Source: Microcoleaceae cyanobacterium (lineage in GTDB: Bacteria > Cyanobacteriota > Cyanobacteriia > Cyanobacteriales > Microcoleaceae). Taken from it: a stretch of DNA of 64,000 nt. Both the position numbers and the translations under genes were made by a program. Of this stretch, positions 1 through 8,785 are shown in pieces (position 1 is the stretch's first letter; the number at the start of each line of letters is the position of its first letter). Location: positions 1 to 64,000 of the forward strand of contig JBOFUV010000101.1 in the NCBI GenBank assembly GCA_051652765.1. The letters run 5' to 3'. Below the pieces are notes generated by a model. That model saw only the letters and a program-made list of their open reading frames with translations. It was not told the DNA's origin and ran no database searches.

Positions 1-1
1 A

Positions 2-363
2 TTGATCGTTCATCGAACCCCCATTGATCTCACACCCAGATCAACTTGATCGCAGAGCACTTGCCCGTTGATCTCAAACTAAGATTAAGTTGATCGCAGA
101 GCACTTACCCGTTGATCTCACACCCAGATCAACTTGATCGCAGAGCACTTGCCCGTTTATCTCAAACTAAGATTAAGTTGATCATGCTTCGCACCCGCGT
201 TGATCTCATACCAAACCCGCATTGATCTCACACCAGACCCGCGTTGATCTCAGTACCAAACCCGCGTTGATCTCATACCAAACCCGCATTGATCTCACAC
301 CAAACCCGCGTTGATCTCATACCAAACCCGCATTGATCTCAGTACCAAACCCGCCTTGATCTC
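2..363. repeat. Tandem array of >=17 units, 22(-23)-bp period, near-invariant TTGATC core plus variable 16-17 nt; truncated at window start
   Basis: TTGATC starts at 2,24,46,68,90,112,134,(156 TTTATC),178,200,222,244,267,289,311,333,356. Units 200-355 are variants of TTGATCTCA(T/C)ACCAAACCCGC(A/G); units 24-177 form a higher-order 88-bp repeat. Confidence 0.95.
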
Positions 364-418
364 GCTCCGTAACTGCATTTGCATTTTGCCCAACCTTGAA
401 CGGCTACTTTTCCGGGGT

Positions 419-598
419 CTAATTCAGCGATCGCCTAGGCGCACTGGCCAAAAAATCAGGCCGATAGTACTGCTCCTGAGTTAAGGAACCCAGGTTAATA
501 AAGATGTCATCTCCAACTCCATCAATCACTGTTTCATCTGTAAACCCAACCGTCAGAAATGATAAGGTTAATCTTTGCTTTGTCCAGTTGATACTCAA
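419..598 (-). pseudogene. Possible gene fragment (59-codon ORF) resembling part of a secreted acidic/Ca-binding surface protein
   Basis: TTG-start ORF reads LSINWTKQRLTLSFLTVGFTDETVIDGVGDDIFINLGS...; the TVGFTDETxIDGxGDDIFI stretch is recalled from cyanobacterial surface proteins, not verified. Confidence 0.3.
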
Positions 599-908
599 AA
601 GACTTGCTACGGCTTAGCATAAATACCAAATGGGTTCTATAGAGGATATCATTAGTTAATAGATGTGTTGACTCACCCACTGTTCCAGACTATGAGTCAG
701 CTTGCAGGGGTCTCGCCACTCCTCAGTACATGTCTCAAATTGTGTCTCAAATTGTATTGTTTGTCAGCCTGTAGCAGGGCAGTACTCCTCCAACTTTCCA
801 ACCAATTCGGTAATTGCTGTGGCAATCTTATTTGAAACGTGAACTTTGAAACGTGAACGTGGAGTGAATGTCTGTGGCTGTCGGTTAGCGTTGATTCGGA
901 TCAAGATT

Positions 909-1799
909 TCAATGTCGAATTAACCCTCTCAGCTCTCGTAAAATTGCAGGTTCTTGATTCATAGAAGGTGGATGAGTGAGTAATCCTTGGGTTGGGCTAA
1001 AGAGAAATGCCAAGATGAAAAACCCCGAAGCCACTAACACAATTGCAGGGCCAGAAGGCAGGTTCAAAAAATAGCTGGCGTACATTCCACTAATACTCGA
1101 TAAAACGCCAAATCCCACGCCCAAAATCATAACTTGATGCAATCGTTTTACCAATAAATACGCAGTCGATGCCGGAGTAATTAACAAAGACAGCACCAAC
1201 ACCACGCCTACGGCTTTCAAACTGGCTACAATCGTCAGTGCAATTAACACCATTAAGCCAAAGTTTAGTAAATTAACGGGTAAACCAACTGCTTCTGCAC
1301 CTGCTGGGTCAAAGGTGTAAAACAACAGTTCTTTGTAAATCAAAGCAACAATAAAAATAACAAAAGCTGCAATAATAAATGTATCTCTGACTTCCGAAAA
1401 CGTCACTCCTAAAATATTGCCAAATAGGAAATGATTTAAATCAATCTTGTTGTCTTTTTGGATGAGCGTGATCAAGGTAATTCCCAAGGCAAAAAAGCCT
1501 GAGAATACAATTCCCATTGCTGCGTCTTCCTTAATATTTGACCGATTTCGGATCAAGTTAATTAAAACCGTACTCAAGACTCCAGCAATAAACGCTCCAA
1601 CAAAAATATTAGCGCCAATCGAAAAGGCGATCGCCAGTCCTGGCAATACCGAGTGGCTGATGGCATCTCCCAGCAGAGCCAATCGCTGCACCATCAAGTA
1701 ACTACCCACTACAGCACAAATCAATCCTACCAAGATCGCAGTAATCAGCGATCGCTGCATAAATCCATATTGCAGGGGTTCCAACAAGTTTTCCAACAT
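909..1799 (-). CDS. mntB: Mn/Zn/Fe ABC transporter permease (MntB-like)
   Basis: ABC-3 permease motifs GDAISHSVLPG and LFGNILGV; multiple TM helices; co-oriented with ATPase. Confidence 0.88.
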   Translation of the reverse strand: MLENLLEPLQYGFMQRSLITAILVGLICAVVGSYLMVQRLALLGDAISHSVLPGLAIAFSIGANIFVGAFIAGVLSTVLINLIRNRSNIKEDAAMGIVFSGFFALGITLITLIQKDNKIDLNHFLFGNILGVTFSEVRDTFIIAAFVIFIVALIYKELLFYTFDPAGAEAVGLPVNLLNFGLMVLIALTIVASLKAVGVVLVLSLLITPASTAYLLVKRLHQVMILGVGFGVLSSISGMYASYFLNLPSGPAIVLVASGFFILAFLFSPTQGLLTHPPSMNQEPAILRELRGLIRH

Positions 1800-1932
1800 A
1801 AACTTTGATTAATACTTTTGATTAACACTATAGTCAAGACATTTAGTTCGGAGTTCTAGCTTAAAATCTTCACTCAAACCTTGAGTTTTGTGAAGGTTAG
1901 TTTTGTGAAAGTTAGTTTCGTGAAAAATCATA

Positions 1933-2751
1933 TTATGCAACTTGATCGGAGAAGAAAAACACTTTGCCCCCATAGGCTTGACTCAGCATTCTCTCTGTCA
2001 ATACCTGTTGGCGAGTCCCGGCAGTAATCAATTTTTGATTCAGCAAAATTAACTGATCAAAGTTAGTAATGGATTCTCCTAAATCATGGTTGATAATCAC
2101 CACAATATTGCCTGCTTGAGCCAGTTCCTGAAAGATTTGAAACAAAATATTTTCTGTCTTTTGATCAATCCCAACAAAAGGTTCATCAAAGCAAAAAATC
2201 TCGGCTTCCTGAGCCAGAGAACGAGCTAAAAATACCCGCTGTTGCTGTCCACCAGAAAGCTGACCAATCGGACGATGCTCATATCTCGTCATGCCAACCC
2301 GTTCTAACGCCTCTGTGGCCTTGTGATGACTCACGGTTGAAAATCTCCGAAACCATCCTGTCTTGCGAATTCTTCCCATCATGACCACGTCCCAAACAGT
2401 TGCCGGGTACGTCCAATCAATTTGCGATCGCTGAGGAACGTAGGCTACTTTCTCCCGTTGGTCGCTGAGGGGACGATCATTGTAGCGGACAGAACCCCGA
2501 CTCACCTGCACTAACCCCAGCATGGCTTTCATCAATGTACTTTTGCCTGCACCGTTGGGGCCAATGACTCCCGTAAGCTGTCCGGGTTGAATATCTAGGG
2601 TGATATCCTGCAATGCCTCTACCCCCCGATACTGAACACTGAGGTTGTTTACACTGAGGGGTGACAGACTGAACCCATGGTGATGAAGTTGTTTCCAGGA
2701 AAGGCTTTCAGGAGTTTCGACAGGTTCCATAATAGCTTCAGGGTTGAACAT
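1933..2751 (-). CDS. mntA: Mn/Zn ABC transporter ATP-binding protein (MntA-like)
   Basis: Walker A GPNGAGKST, signature LSGGQQQR, DEPF, YVPQRSQIDW typical of metal-ABC ATPases. Confidence 0.88.
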   Translation of the reverse strand: MFNPEAIMEPVETPESLSWKQLHHHGFSLSPLSVNNLSVQYRGVEALQDITLDIQPGQLTGVIGPNGAGKSTLMKAMLGLVQVSRGSVRYNDRPLSDQREKVAYVPQRSQIDWTYPATVWDVVMMGRIRKTGWFRRFSTVSHHKATEALERVGMTRYEHRPIGQLSGGQQQRVFLARSLAQEAEIFCFDEPFVGIDQKTENILFQIFQELAQAGNIVVIINHDLGESITNFDQLILLNQKLITAGTRQQVLTERMLSQAYGGKVFFFSDQVA

Positions 2752-2807
2752 TACTATCTGACGCAGTGGCTTGACGTACTCTCATAGTTTACCGTACTTG
2801 CCGCAAA

Positions 2808-2849
2808 AATGAAAAGATTATGAAATAATAAATGAAAAGATTATGAAAT
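2808..2849. promoter_or_regulatory. Two identical 19-bp ManR-like boxes AATGAAAAGATTATGAAAT between divergent mntAB and mntC
   Basis: Perfect copies at 2808-2826 and 2831-2849; 15/19 match to the recalled ManR consensus TATGAAAAGAATATGAGAA. Confidence 0.75.
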
Positions 2850-2887
2850 CATCATCTTTAGATTATAAAAAAAGAAAGACATTTGTT

Positions 2888-3895
2888 ATGAACCGTAAAA
2901 CCCGTCAGACTTGGAACGTGATTTCTAGGCAGATCAAATCCTGGAATCTTAAGTTGGCGATCGCCGCAGGAATCGTGTTAGGAACTGGGTTAACAGGTTG
3001 CACCCCGACCAATCAAGTTTCTACTGAGGAAAATCAACCTCGGGTCGTTTCAACCAGTACTATTATTGCTGACTTGGTTACAACAATTGGGGCGGGGGAA
3101 ATTAGCCATCAAGGCATTCTGAAACCGGGTACTGATCCTCACGTCTATGAACCCGTTCCTCAAAATAGTATTGCCTTTGAAAAAGCTGATTTAATCTTCT
3201 ATAACGGCTATAACTTGGAACCTGGATTAATTAAGTTGATGAATGCAGCGGGAGTCAGTGCAGCAAAAATCCCGTTGGCCGAGAGTATTCCTCCATTAGA
3301 CTTCCAAAAAGGCGGGAAAACTCAACCCGATCCCCATGTTTGGGGAGACGTAGAAAACATCCTTAAAATGGTTGAAGACATTCGAGATCAATTAATTAAG
3401 TTATCCCCAGACGATCAAGCAATTTTTACAGAGAATGCTGCTCAACTAACAGAAGAGTTAAAACAACTTGACCTCTGGATTCAACAACAGATTGCAACAA
3501 TTCCTGAGAATCAACGTCAGTTAGTGACAACTCATGATGCCTTTCAATATTATGCTCGGGCCTATGGCCTTGAGGTCGCTGGGACTTTAATTGGAATTAG
3601 CACCGAGGAACAACCCAGTGCCCAAACTGTCAAAAAGTTAGCAGATGAAATTCGCCAAGCTAAGGTTCCGGCCATCTTTGCTGAGACTACGATTAATCCT
3701 CAACTGATTCAAACAGTTGCAACCGAAGCGGGTGTCAAATTAGCCGATCAGGAACTCTATTCTGACTCTATTGGCGCACCGGGAAGTCGAGGAGAAAGCT
3801 ATGTTCAGATGTTGGTGGCCAATACTCAAACGATTGTTGAGGCTCTTGGCGGCACGGTGACCCCCTTTGAACCGCGTAAAAGTAACGTAGAATGA
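2888..3895 (+). CDS. mntC: Mn ABC transporter substrate-binding lipoprotein (MntC-like)
   Basis: Lipobox LTGC; cluster A-I motifs DPHVYEP, DPHVW, HDAF, DS. Start moved from 2843 (inside the ManR-like box) to ATG 2888. Confidence 0.88.
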   Translation: MNRKTRQTWNVISRQIKSWNLKLAIAAGIVLGTGLTGCTPTNQVSTEENQPRVVSTSTIIADLVTTIGAGEISHQGILKPGTDPHVYEPVPQNSIAFEKADLIFYNGYNLEPGLIKLMNAAGVSAAKIPLAESIPPLDFQKGGKTQPDPHVWGDVENILKMVEDIRDQLIKLSPDDQAIFTENAAQLTEELKQLDLWIQQQIATIPENQRQLVTTHDAFQYYARAYGLEVAGTLIGISTEEQPSAQTVKKLADEIRQAKVPAIFAETTINPQLIQTVATEAGVKLADQELYSDSIGAPGSRGESYVQMLVANTQTIVEALGGTVTPFEPRKSNVE

Positions 3896-3999
3896 TCGTA
3901 TATCGCAATTCTAAATCAGTTCCAAAGAAATTAGAGTAGGGTCTAGGGACTTTGTTCCCAAGAAGGGGCAATGCGGGGTTAAGAATGATTAGCTAGACC

Positions 4000-4053
4000 A
4001 TCGACTTTCTAACTATCGACTTTCTAACTATCAACTTCCTAACTATCGACTTT
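4000..4053. repeat. ~15-bp imperfect tandem repeat (CTATCGACTTTCTAA) x3.5 just upstream of a start codon
   Basis: direct reading. Confidence 0.85.
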
Positions 4054-4058
4054 TAAAT

Positions 4059-4388
4059 ATGGTTGCATTTGTTGTCGGGGCCAATCTCACTATTTCGCTG
4101 CTCTGCCTGTATGTTGCCTGGAGAATCTGGAAACTGCGTCCTACAATCAATCGAGTTGAACGGGTATTGACTCAAACTGAACGACGAGTTTACAACGTTC
4201 TCAGCGGTGCCCCTGCTGCCCTGAAAAAGGGACAACAAGGAACTGCAATGCTACGGCAGCGCTATCGACGGCTGCAGATTCAAACCCAGCAACTTCAGAG
4301 GATTTTGGCGATCGCTAGTATTGCAGCAACCTTTTTGCCAAGACAGAAACCTCGCCGTCAATCTGACATCAATAGACGTTCGCGATGA
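4059..4388 (+). CDS. Small membrane-anchored hypothetical protein
   Basis: N-terminal TM helix followed by a basic helical region; 109 aa. Confidence 0.7.
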   Translation: MVAFVVGANLTISLLCLYVAWRIWKLRPTINRVERVLTQTERRVYNVLSGAPAALKKGQQGTAMLRQRYRRLQIQTQQLQRILAIASIAATFLPRQKPRRQSDINRRSR

Positions 4389-4507
4389 ACCTCGTCAGGT
4401 ATTGAAAAATGCCTAAACTGCTATCAAGTTTAGAGAAAACGTCTCTAGCAGCTCAGGCAAGATCTCTGCCAATGCAAAAGATTTGTATTAAAGCAAAGTT
4501 CTGAACT

Positions 4508-4927
4508 CTACTTCTTCATCTCCCGTGCCATTTTACGAAATTCATTCATTTTGGAGTCAGGACGGCGACGCTCAGACTCTAGACTATAGAGAGAACGCTG
4601 CGGGTTCCCGAAGCTCCGAGATGGCATTTGGGCTTGAAAACCAGAAAAAGAAGCAACTGGAGCAGCGCTGCTGTTCGTAGAGCTACTACTATTCGCTGCA
4701 CTATTTGTTAGAGGACTGCTGAAATTCTTCATTTTTTCCATGGAAGAAATTGGAGCAGGCTTGGGCATATCCTCTCCTGCAGCCTTAGGAAAGGTTTTCT
4801 TTACCGTGCTAGCCCGACGCATGTAATCAATATCTCCATAGGACTTAGCGTTGTCTGAGTCTAGGTAAAAAGACTGCTCAGGACGGTCGTTGTTGCGTTT
4901 AAATAATCCTCTGATAAATCCAGTCAT
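4508..4927 (-). CDS. Hypothetical cyanobacterial protein
   Basis: Likely start MTGFIRGLF at 4927 after AGGAG; FYLDSDNAKSYGDIDYMR...KKTFP core and RRRPDSKMNEFRKMAREMKK tail flank a low-complexity middle. Confidence 0.7.
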   Translation of the reverse strand: MTGFIRGLFKRNNDRPEQSFYLDSDNAKSYGDIDYMRRASTVKKTFPKAAGEDMPKPAPISSMEKMKNFSSPLTNSAANSSSSTNSSAAPVASFSGFQAQMPSRSFGNPQRSLYSLESERRRPDSKMNEFRKMAREMKK

Positions 4928-5242
4928 GGAAATCTCCTGCCTACTTGTAAGAATATTAAGAGTAGCTATGTGAAATATATTATCAAAAATTATCAAAGAT
5001 CTCATTTAAGATTTAATCTTCGTAACGGATGTAACGAGAGAAGGTTTAGACTTTACAGGGAGTTGGGTAAACTCTGCCCTATTCCTAATTCTGAGAAAAC
5101 AGTCATTTTTTTTACAAAACTTTATACCTTTCGGCTATTGCTCTGGGGTTAGGATGTAGCCCCTATGGTTAGAGGCTCTGTCACACTTGACAAACCCCTG
5201 CATCTAGGAAATAATGCTATATTGTGCAAATTGATATGACCA

Positions 5243-5326
5243 GCGGAACTGGCGGAATTGGTAGACGCGCTAGATTCAGGTTCTAGTGTTCGTAAGGACT
5301 TCCGGGTTCAAGTCCCGGGTTCCGCA
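5243..5326 (+). tRNA. trnL: tRNA-Leu(CAG)
   Basis: Acceptor GCGGAAC/GTTCCGC + A; D arm GGCGGAATTGGTAGACGC; anticodon arm CTAGA-TTCAGGT-TCTAG; long variable arm; T arm GGGTTCAAGTCCC; CCA not encoded. Confidence 0.97.
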
Positions 5327-5339
5327 TTCAAAGGATAAG

Positions 5340-6158
5340 ATGATCACCAGTCTTCAGAATCCCCTGATCAAGCAGATTCGCAAGTTGCACCAAGCGAAGG
5401 GGCGACAAGAGCAGCAGTTATTTCTCCTTGAAGGAACTCATTTATTAGAGGGTGCGATCGCTGCAAACCACCCTCTGACTGCCGTTTGCATAACGGCATC
5501 ATGGCAAGAAAAATACCCTGACTTGTGGCAACAGGTCGAGTCCTACGCCTCCCGAACAGAGATTGTTAGTGAGACCGTACTAGCCGCAATTGCAACAACG
5601 GTCACTCCTGACGGTGTAGTTGCGACTGCCCCTCGTTCCGTGTGTGCCATCACCCAAGTTCCTCGTTTGGGGTTGGCCTTGGAAACAATTCAAGATCCTG
5701 GCAACTTGGGTACAATCATTCGTACAGCGGTGGCGGCAGGAGTAGGTGGGCTTTGGTTGAGTCAGGATAGTGTTGACCTAGACCATCCTAAAGTGCTGAG
5801 GGCATCAGCAGGAACTTGGTTCAAACTTCCAATGATGACTTGCCCTGACTTGAGTACTGAACTCCTGAGTTGGCGCAATGCGGGGGTACAGATTGTCGCA
5901 ACACTCCCCACAGCTTCCCTATCATTCTGGGATGCCAACCTGACCCAACCCACGATGATCGTCTTAGGGAATGAAGGAGCGGGTTTGTCTAAAACGCTAG
6001 TTGAACTTGCAGATCATCGGATACAAATCCCCCTAGAACCCACTGTAGAGTCCCTCAATGTCAGCATCTGCGCGGCCCTTTTATTGTACGAGGTCAGACG
6101 ACAGCGCTATTCCTGCAAGGTTGAGTCTTCAGAGTCCAACGCTTCAGAGGGTTCCTGA
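5340..6158 (+). CDS. TrmH/SpoU-family RNA methyltransferase
   Basis: MITSLQNP start; SPOUT motifs QDPGNLGTIIRTA, GNEGAGL, ESLNV. The ORF-track start 5286 lies inside the tRNA. Confidence 0.92.
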   Translation: MITSLQNPLIKQIRKLHQAKGRQEQQLFLLEGTHLLEGAIAANHPLTAVCITASWQEKYPDLWQQVESYASRTEIVSETVLAAIATTVTPDGVVATAPRSVCAITQVPRLGLALETIQDPGNLGTIIRTAVAAGVGGLWLSQDSVDLDHPKVLRASAGTWFKLPMMTCPDLSTELLSWRNAGVQIVATLPTASLSFWDANLTQPTMIVLGNEGAGLSKTLVELADHRIQIPLEPTVESLNVSICAALLLYEVRRQRYSCKVESSESNASEGS

Positions 6159-6391
6159 GCCTGCTGCAAATAGAGGTCAATATCGGCGATCGCCTCCTCT
6201 AAGTCTGAAAAGCTAACAGACTGGGAGGATTCTGTTCGAGATAGCCTTGGATTTACTGAACTAGGTTTAGAGACTCTCGCAGGCTTAGCTTTGGACTTTG
6301 AGTCTTGGAAGGATTCTAAGAGTTGCTGATCATAGGACTCAAAAAAGTTCTTAGCAACAGCCTTCCGCAAATTGTTTTGGTCTTCCTGCAT
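6107..6391 (-). CDS. Hypothetical protein
   Basis: AAGGAG upstream of ATG; FFESYDQ...LEEAIADIDLYL helices; 3' end overlaps the convergent methyltransferase by 52 bp. Confidence 0.6.
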   Translation of the reverse strand: MQEDQNNLRKAVAKNFFESYDQQLLESFQDSKSKAKPARVSKPSSVNPRLSRTESSQSVSFSDLEEAIADIDLYLQQAQEPSEALDSEDSTLQE

Positions 6392-6624
6392 GGCTCAATA
6401 GCTCCTTTACTGCTGTTAGAGAAGACTGCAAACCTTCTAGTCAACTCTTAGAAATCCAGCTTTAACCCTCATTAACAGTTTACCCAAACTCGCCCCAATT
6501 TGTAACAGATGACAACCCATCTACCCCAACTTAACATGATTGCCCACGCATCTCCGCTAACAATACAGCAAAAATCACGGTCAGAAGTATAGGGCCTTTC
6601 AATCACTGAGTGAAGACTTGGAGT

Positions 6625-7509
6625 TTAAGACTTAGAGTTCTGGACGGATTCTTGAGTAGAGTTGGATTTGAAGACAGCTTCCTTGACTGCCCCTGGTTCG
6701 CCGAGGCGCTTGGCTTCTCCATCATTCACGGTGATGATCACCCCTCCAGCATTTCCTGCCACCACCACAAGCTCATTCTTTGCCTTCCAGGTACGCTGGG
6801 TTCCTCCTGGAAGTGTGCCTTCAAATTCTGTTTTTCCGTCTACTTCAATCAAGACCCAAGACTCATCTTTGATTGTAATTCCGACCTGAACTGCTTTAGC
6901 TTGAGCCTGCTGTGAGTTGAGGGTCAAGGAAGATTGGGTTACCGTTCCAGGCTCACTCTGAGCTTTGGTACCCTGCTGAGCAGCCTCTGGAACTGCGGTA
7001 GTGGAATTCTGAGACGCATTGATCTGAGTCGTTTGTGGGGATTGAGCCAGTTCTCGCAGCTCTCCCGGAGTCCGAATCAGATAGGCCAAGCCATTGACTG
7101 CAAAGGCGAGCAGCACAATATAGGTGAGATAAAGATGGGAAGGCCGGAGCTGAGGCAGAGACAGGGAGTGCGATCGCGATTGAATCGGTTGCTCAATCGG
7201 TTCAGGACAAAAGAAACTAGCCAGTTCTTGTCCATTCAGACCTAGGGCATCTCCATAACGCCGAATCAGCCCTTGGGTGTAGACGGCTTCAGGCAGTTTC
7301 TCCATACGACCTTCCTCTAGCGCTTTCAACAGATCGGGACGAATCCGGGTATAAGCAGCAACTAAATCGATGGAAAAAGCATGGTGCAGACGAGTTTGAC
7401 AAAGTTGTTGGCCAACCTCAGTCAACCGCTGGGCTCGCTCATCTTGGGATGAAGAAACATTTTGCTGAGGCTTACGATGGAAGTGAGGAAAAGATAAAGA
7501 TTTTTTCAT
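6625..7509 (-). CDS. rodZ: RodZ-like protein (HTH_25 + TM + DUF4115)
   Basis: TRIRPDLLKALEEG...LPEAVYTQGLIRRYGDALGL HTH, single TM, C-terminal SWVLIEVDGK...AGNAGGV domain. Confidence 0.85.
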   Translation of the reverse strand: MKKSLSFPHFHRKPQQNVSSSQDERAQRLTEVGQQLCQTRLHHAFSIDLVAAYTRIRPDLLKALEEGRMEKLPEAVYTQGLIRRYGDALGLNGQELASFFCPEPIEQPIQSRSHSLSLPQLRPSHLYLTYIVLLAFAVNGLAYLIRTPGELRELAQSPQTTQINASQNSTTAVPEAAQQGTKAQSEPGTVTQSSLTLNSQQAQAKAVQVGITIKDESWVLIEVDGKTEFEGTLPGGTQRTWKAKNELVVVAGNAGGVIITVNDGEAKRLGEPGAVKEAVFKSNSTQESVQNSKS

Positions 7510-8369
7510 GCGCCATGCTCCTGAGTTGCTGCTGAATGATCTGCTGATACGGGTGGTGCTGCAAGACCCAAACGACGAAGAAAAAGAAGTTCAGAGTCCG
7601 TTAAAAGGCGATAGTGGCCCTCACCTAAACTGGGCTGTTCACGAGATTGAAGCTGAATCGGGCCGATAGCAGTCCGATGTAGGCGAACGACTGGATAGCC
7701 AAGGTGCTCTGCAACTCGGCGAATTTGACGATTTCTTCCTTCGAATAAAACGACTTCCAGCAAGGTTTGAGACTGTTGCGAATTGTTTGGCCGTTGATGA
7801 CCTAGCCGTTGATGGCCTAGCCGTTGTACTTTGGCTGGCAACGTTTGCTGTCCTGATAAATCCACTCCTTGCCGCCAACATTGCAAAACAGAATCTGGTG
7901 GATTGCCCTGAACCCACACCTGATAGGTTTTGGGGACATGATGCTTTGGATGGGTTAAATAATAGGTCAGATCTCCATCGTTGGTCAGCAGAAGTGCCCC
8001 CGTCGAATCCGCATCCAAGCGCCCAATGGGGTGAATTCCCTGACCTGACCGCAGATGATGCGGCAAGCAGTCCAACACTGTCGGACGACCTTGAGGTTCA
8101 GTACATGTTGAAATGACACCGATAGGCTTATTCAAAAGAAAATAGATAAATTCAGGGCGCTGTACTCGTAAGGGTGTGCCATCAATCTCAATTTCATCAT
8201 AGGATATATTGACTTTCTGCCCTAAATGTGCAGTACCCCCATTCACTCGAACGCGCCCGGTCTGAATCATCTGTTCGGCCTGACGACGGGAGGCAATGCC
8301 CCAGTGAGCCATAACCTTCTGGAGCCTCTCGTTTATCAATGGGTAATCAGGAAATGCGTGAGGATTCAT
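7506..8369 (-). CDS. rRNA pseudouridine synthase, RsuA/RluB family with S4 domain
   Basis: ERLQK..A.WGIASRR S4; NKPIG, GRLDADSTG, EGRNRQIRR, LHRTAIG. Confidence 0.93.
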   Translation of the reverse strand: MNPHAFPDYPLINERLQKVMAHWGIASRRQAEQMIQTGRVRVNGGTAHLGQKVNISYDEIEIDGTPLRVQRPEFIYFLLNKPIGVISTCTEPQGRPTVLDCLPHHLRSGQGIHPIGRLDADSTGALLLTNDGDLTYYLTHPKHHVPKTYQVWVQGNPPDSVLQCWRQGVDLSGQQTLPAKVQRLGHQRLGHQRPNNSQQSQTLLEVVLFEGRNRQIRRVAEHLGYPVVRLHRTAIGPIQLQSREQPSLGEGHYRLLTDSELLFLRRLGLAAPPVSADHSAATQEHGA

Positions 8370-8443
8370 AAAGACTCACACCGTAGGAAAATAAAGATAG
8401 TCTTAATCAAGAACGTACAAATAATAAGATATTACAGCAATCA

Positions 8444-8560
8444 TTGACACTCCTAACGCAAAGAACTCTTCGTTTACCGGGACACTGTGCCTAAACCAGT
8501 TGCCCAATCTAGATCGAGGGTATTCTCTCCGCAAGTGGTAGTTCCAGTATGCCCTAACGC
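8444..8560 (-). mobile_element. Degenerate IS200/IS605 (tnpB) right-end remnant
   Basis: Minus strand reads ...GHTGTTTCGE... (typical cyanobacterial TnpB tail), is interrupted by stops and ends in GGAGTGTCAA, a typical right-end terminus; no tnpA/tnpB ORF nearby. Confidence 0.55.
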
Positions 8561-8785
8561 CCTTACCCTAATCGCAAACGATCCAGACAAAGGTCATCTG
8601 ATTATAGACAGTCTAGAATGAGGGATTGCGATTGGGGTTACAAAAGCCAATCCTCCAGAAAGTTTCTGGGCAATACTAGCAAAGAGAGGTGTTACAGGCG
8701 GAGGAGTGTAACGCTGCTTTGGCGATAGGATTTGGATCATTGCTGTCGCAGGCTACGATCTTCCGTTTAACTAGAAGACAAATAA

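Noticed and set aside
1..365. CRISPR array
   Set aside because: The constant part is only 6-9 nt, the period is 22 nt, variable parts recur, and there are no cas genes in the window.
811..834. Target for the putative TnpB guide (TAATTGCTGT...ATCTTATT)
   Set aside because: Gapped, AT-rich partial match; not significant.
5301..5326. tRNA-Leu as integration site (attL/attR)
   Set aside because: No duplicated tRNA 3' end seen; the only echo (TCCGGGTTCA near 41912) is 10 bp and expected by chance.
5286..5339. N-terminal extension of the TrmH-family ORF
   Set aside because: Overlaps the tRNA-Leu gene; the family-typical start MITSLQNP is at 5340.
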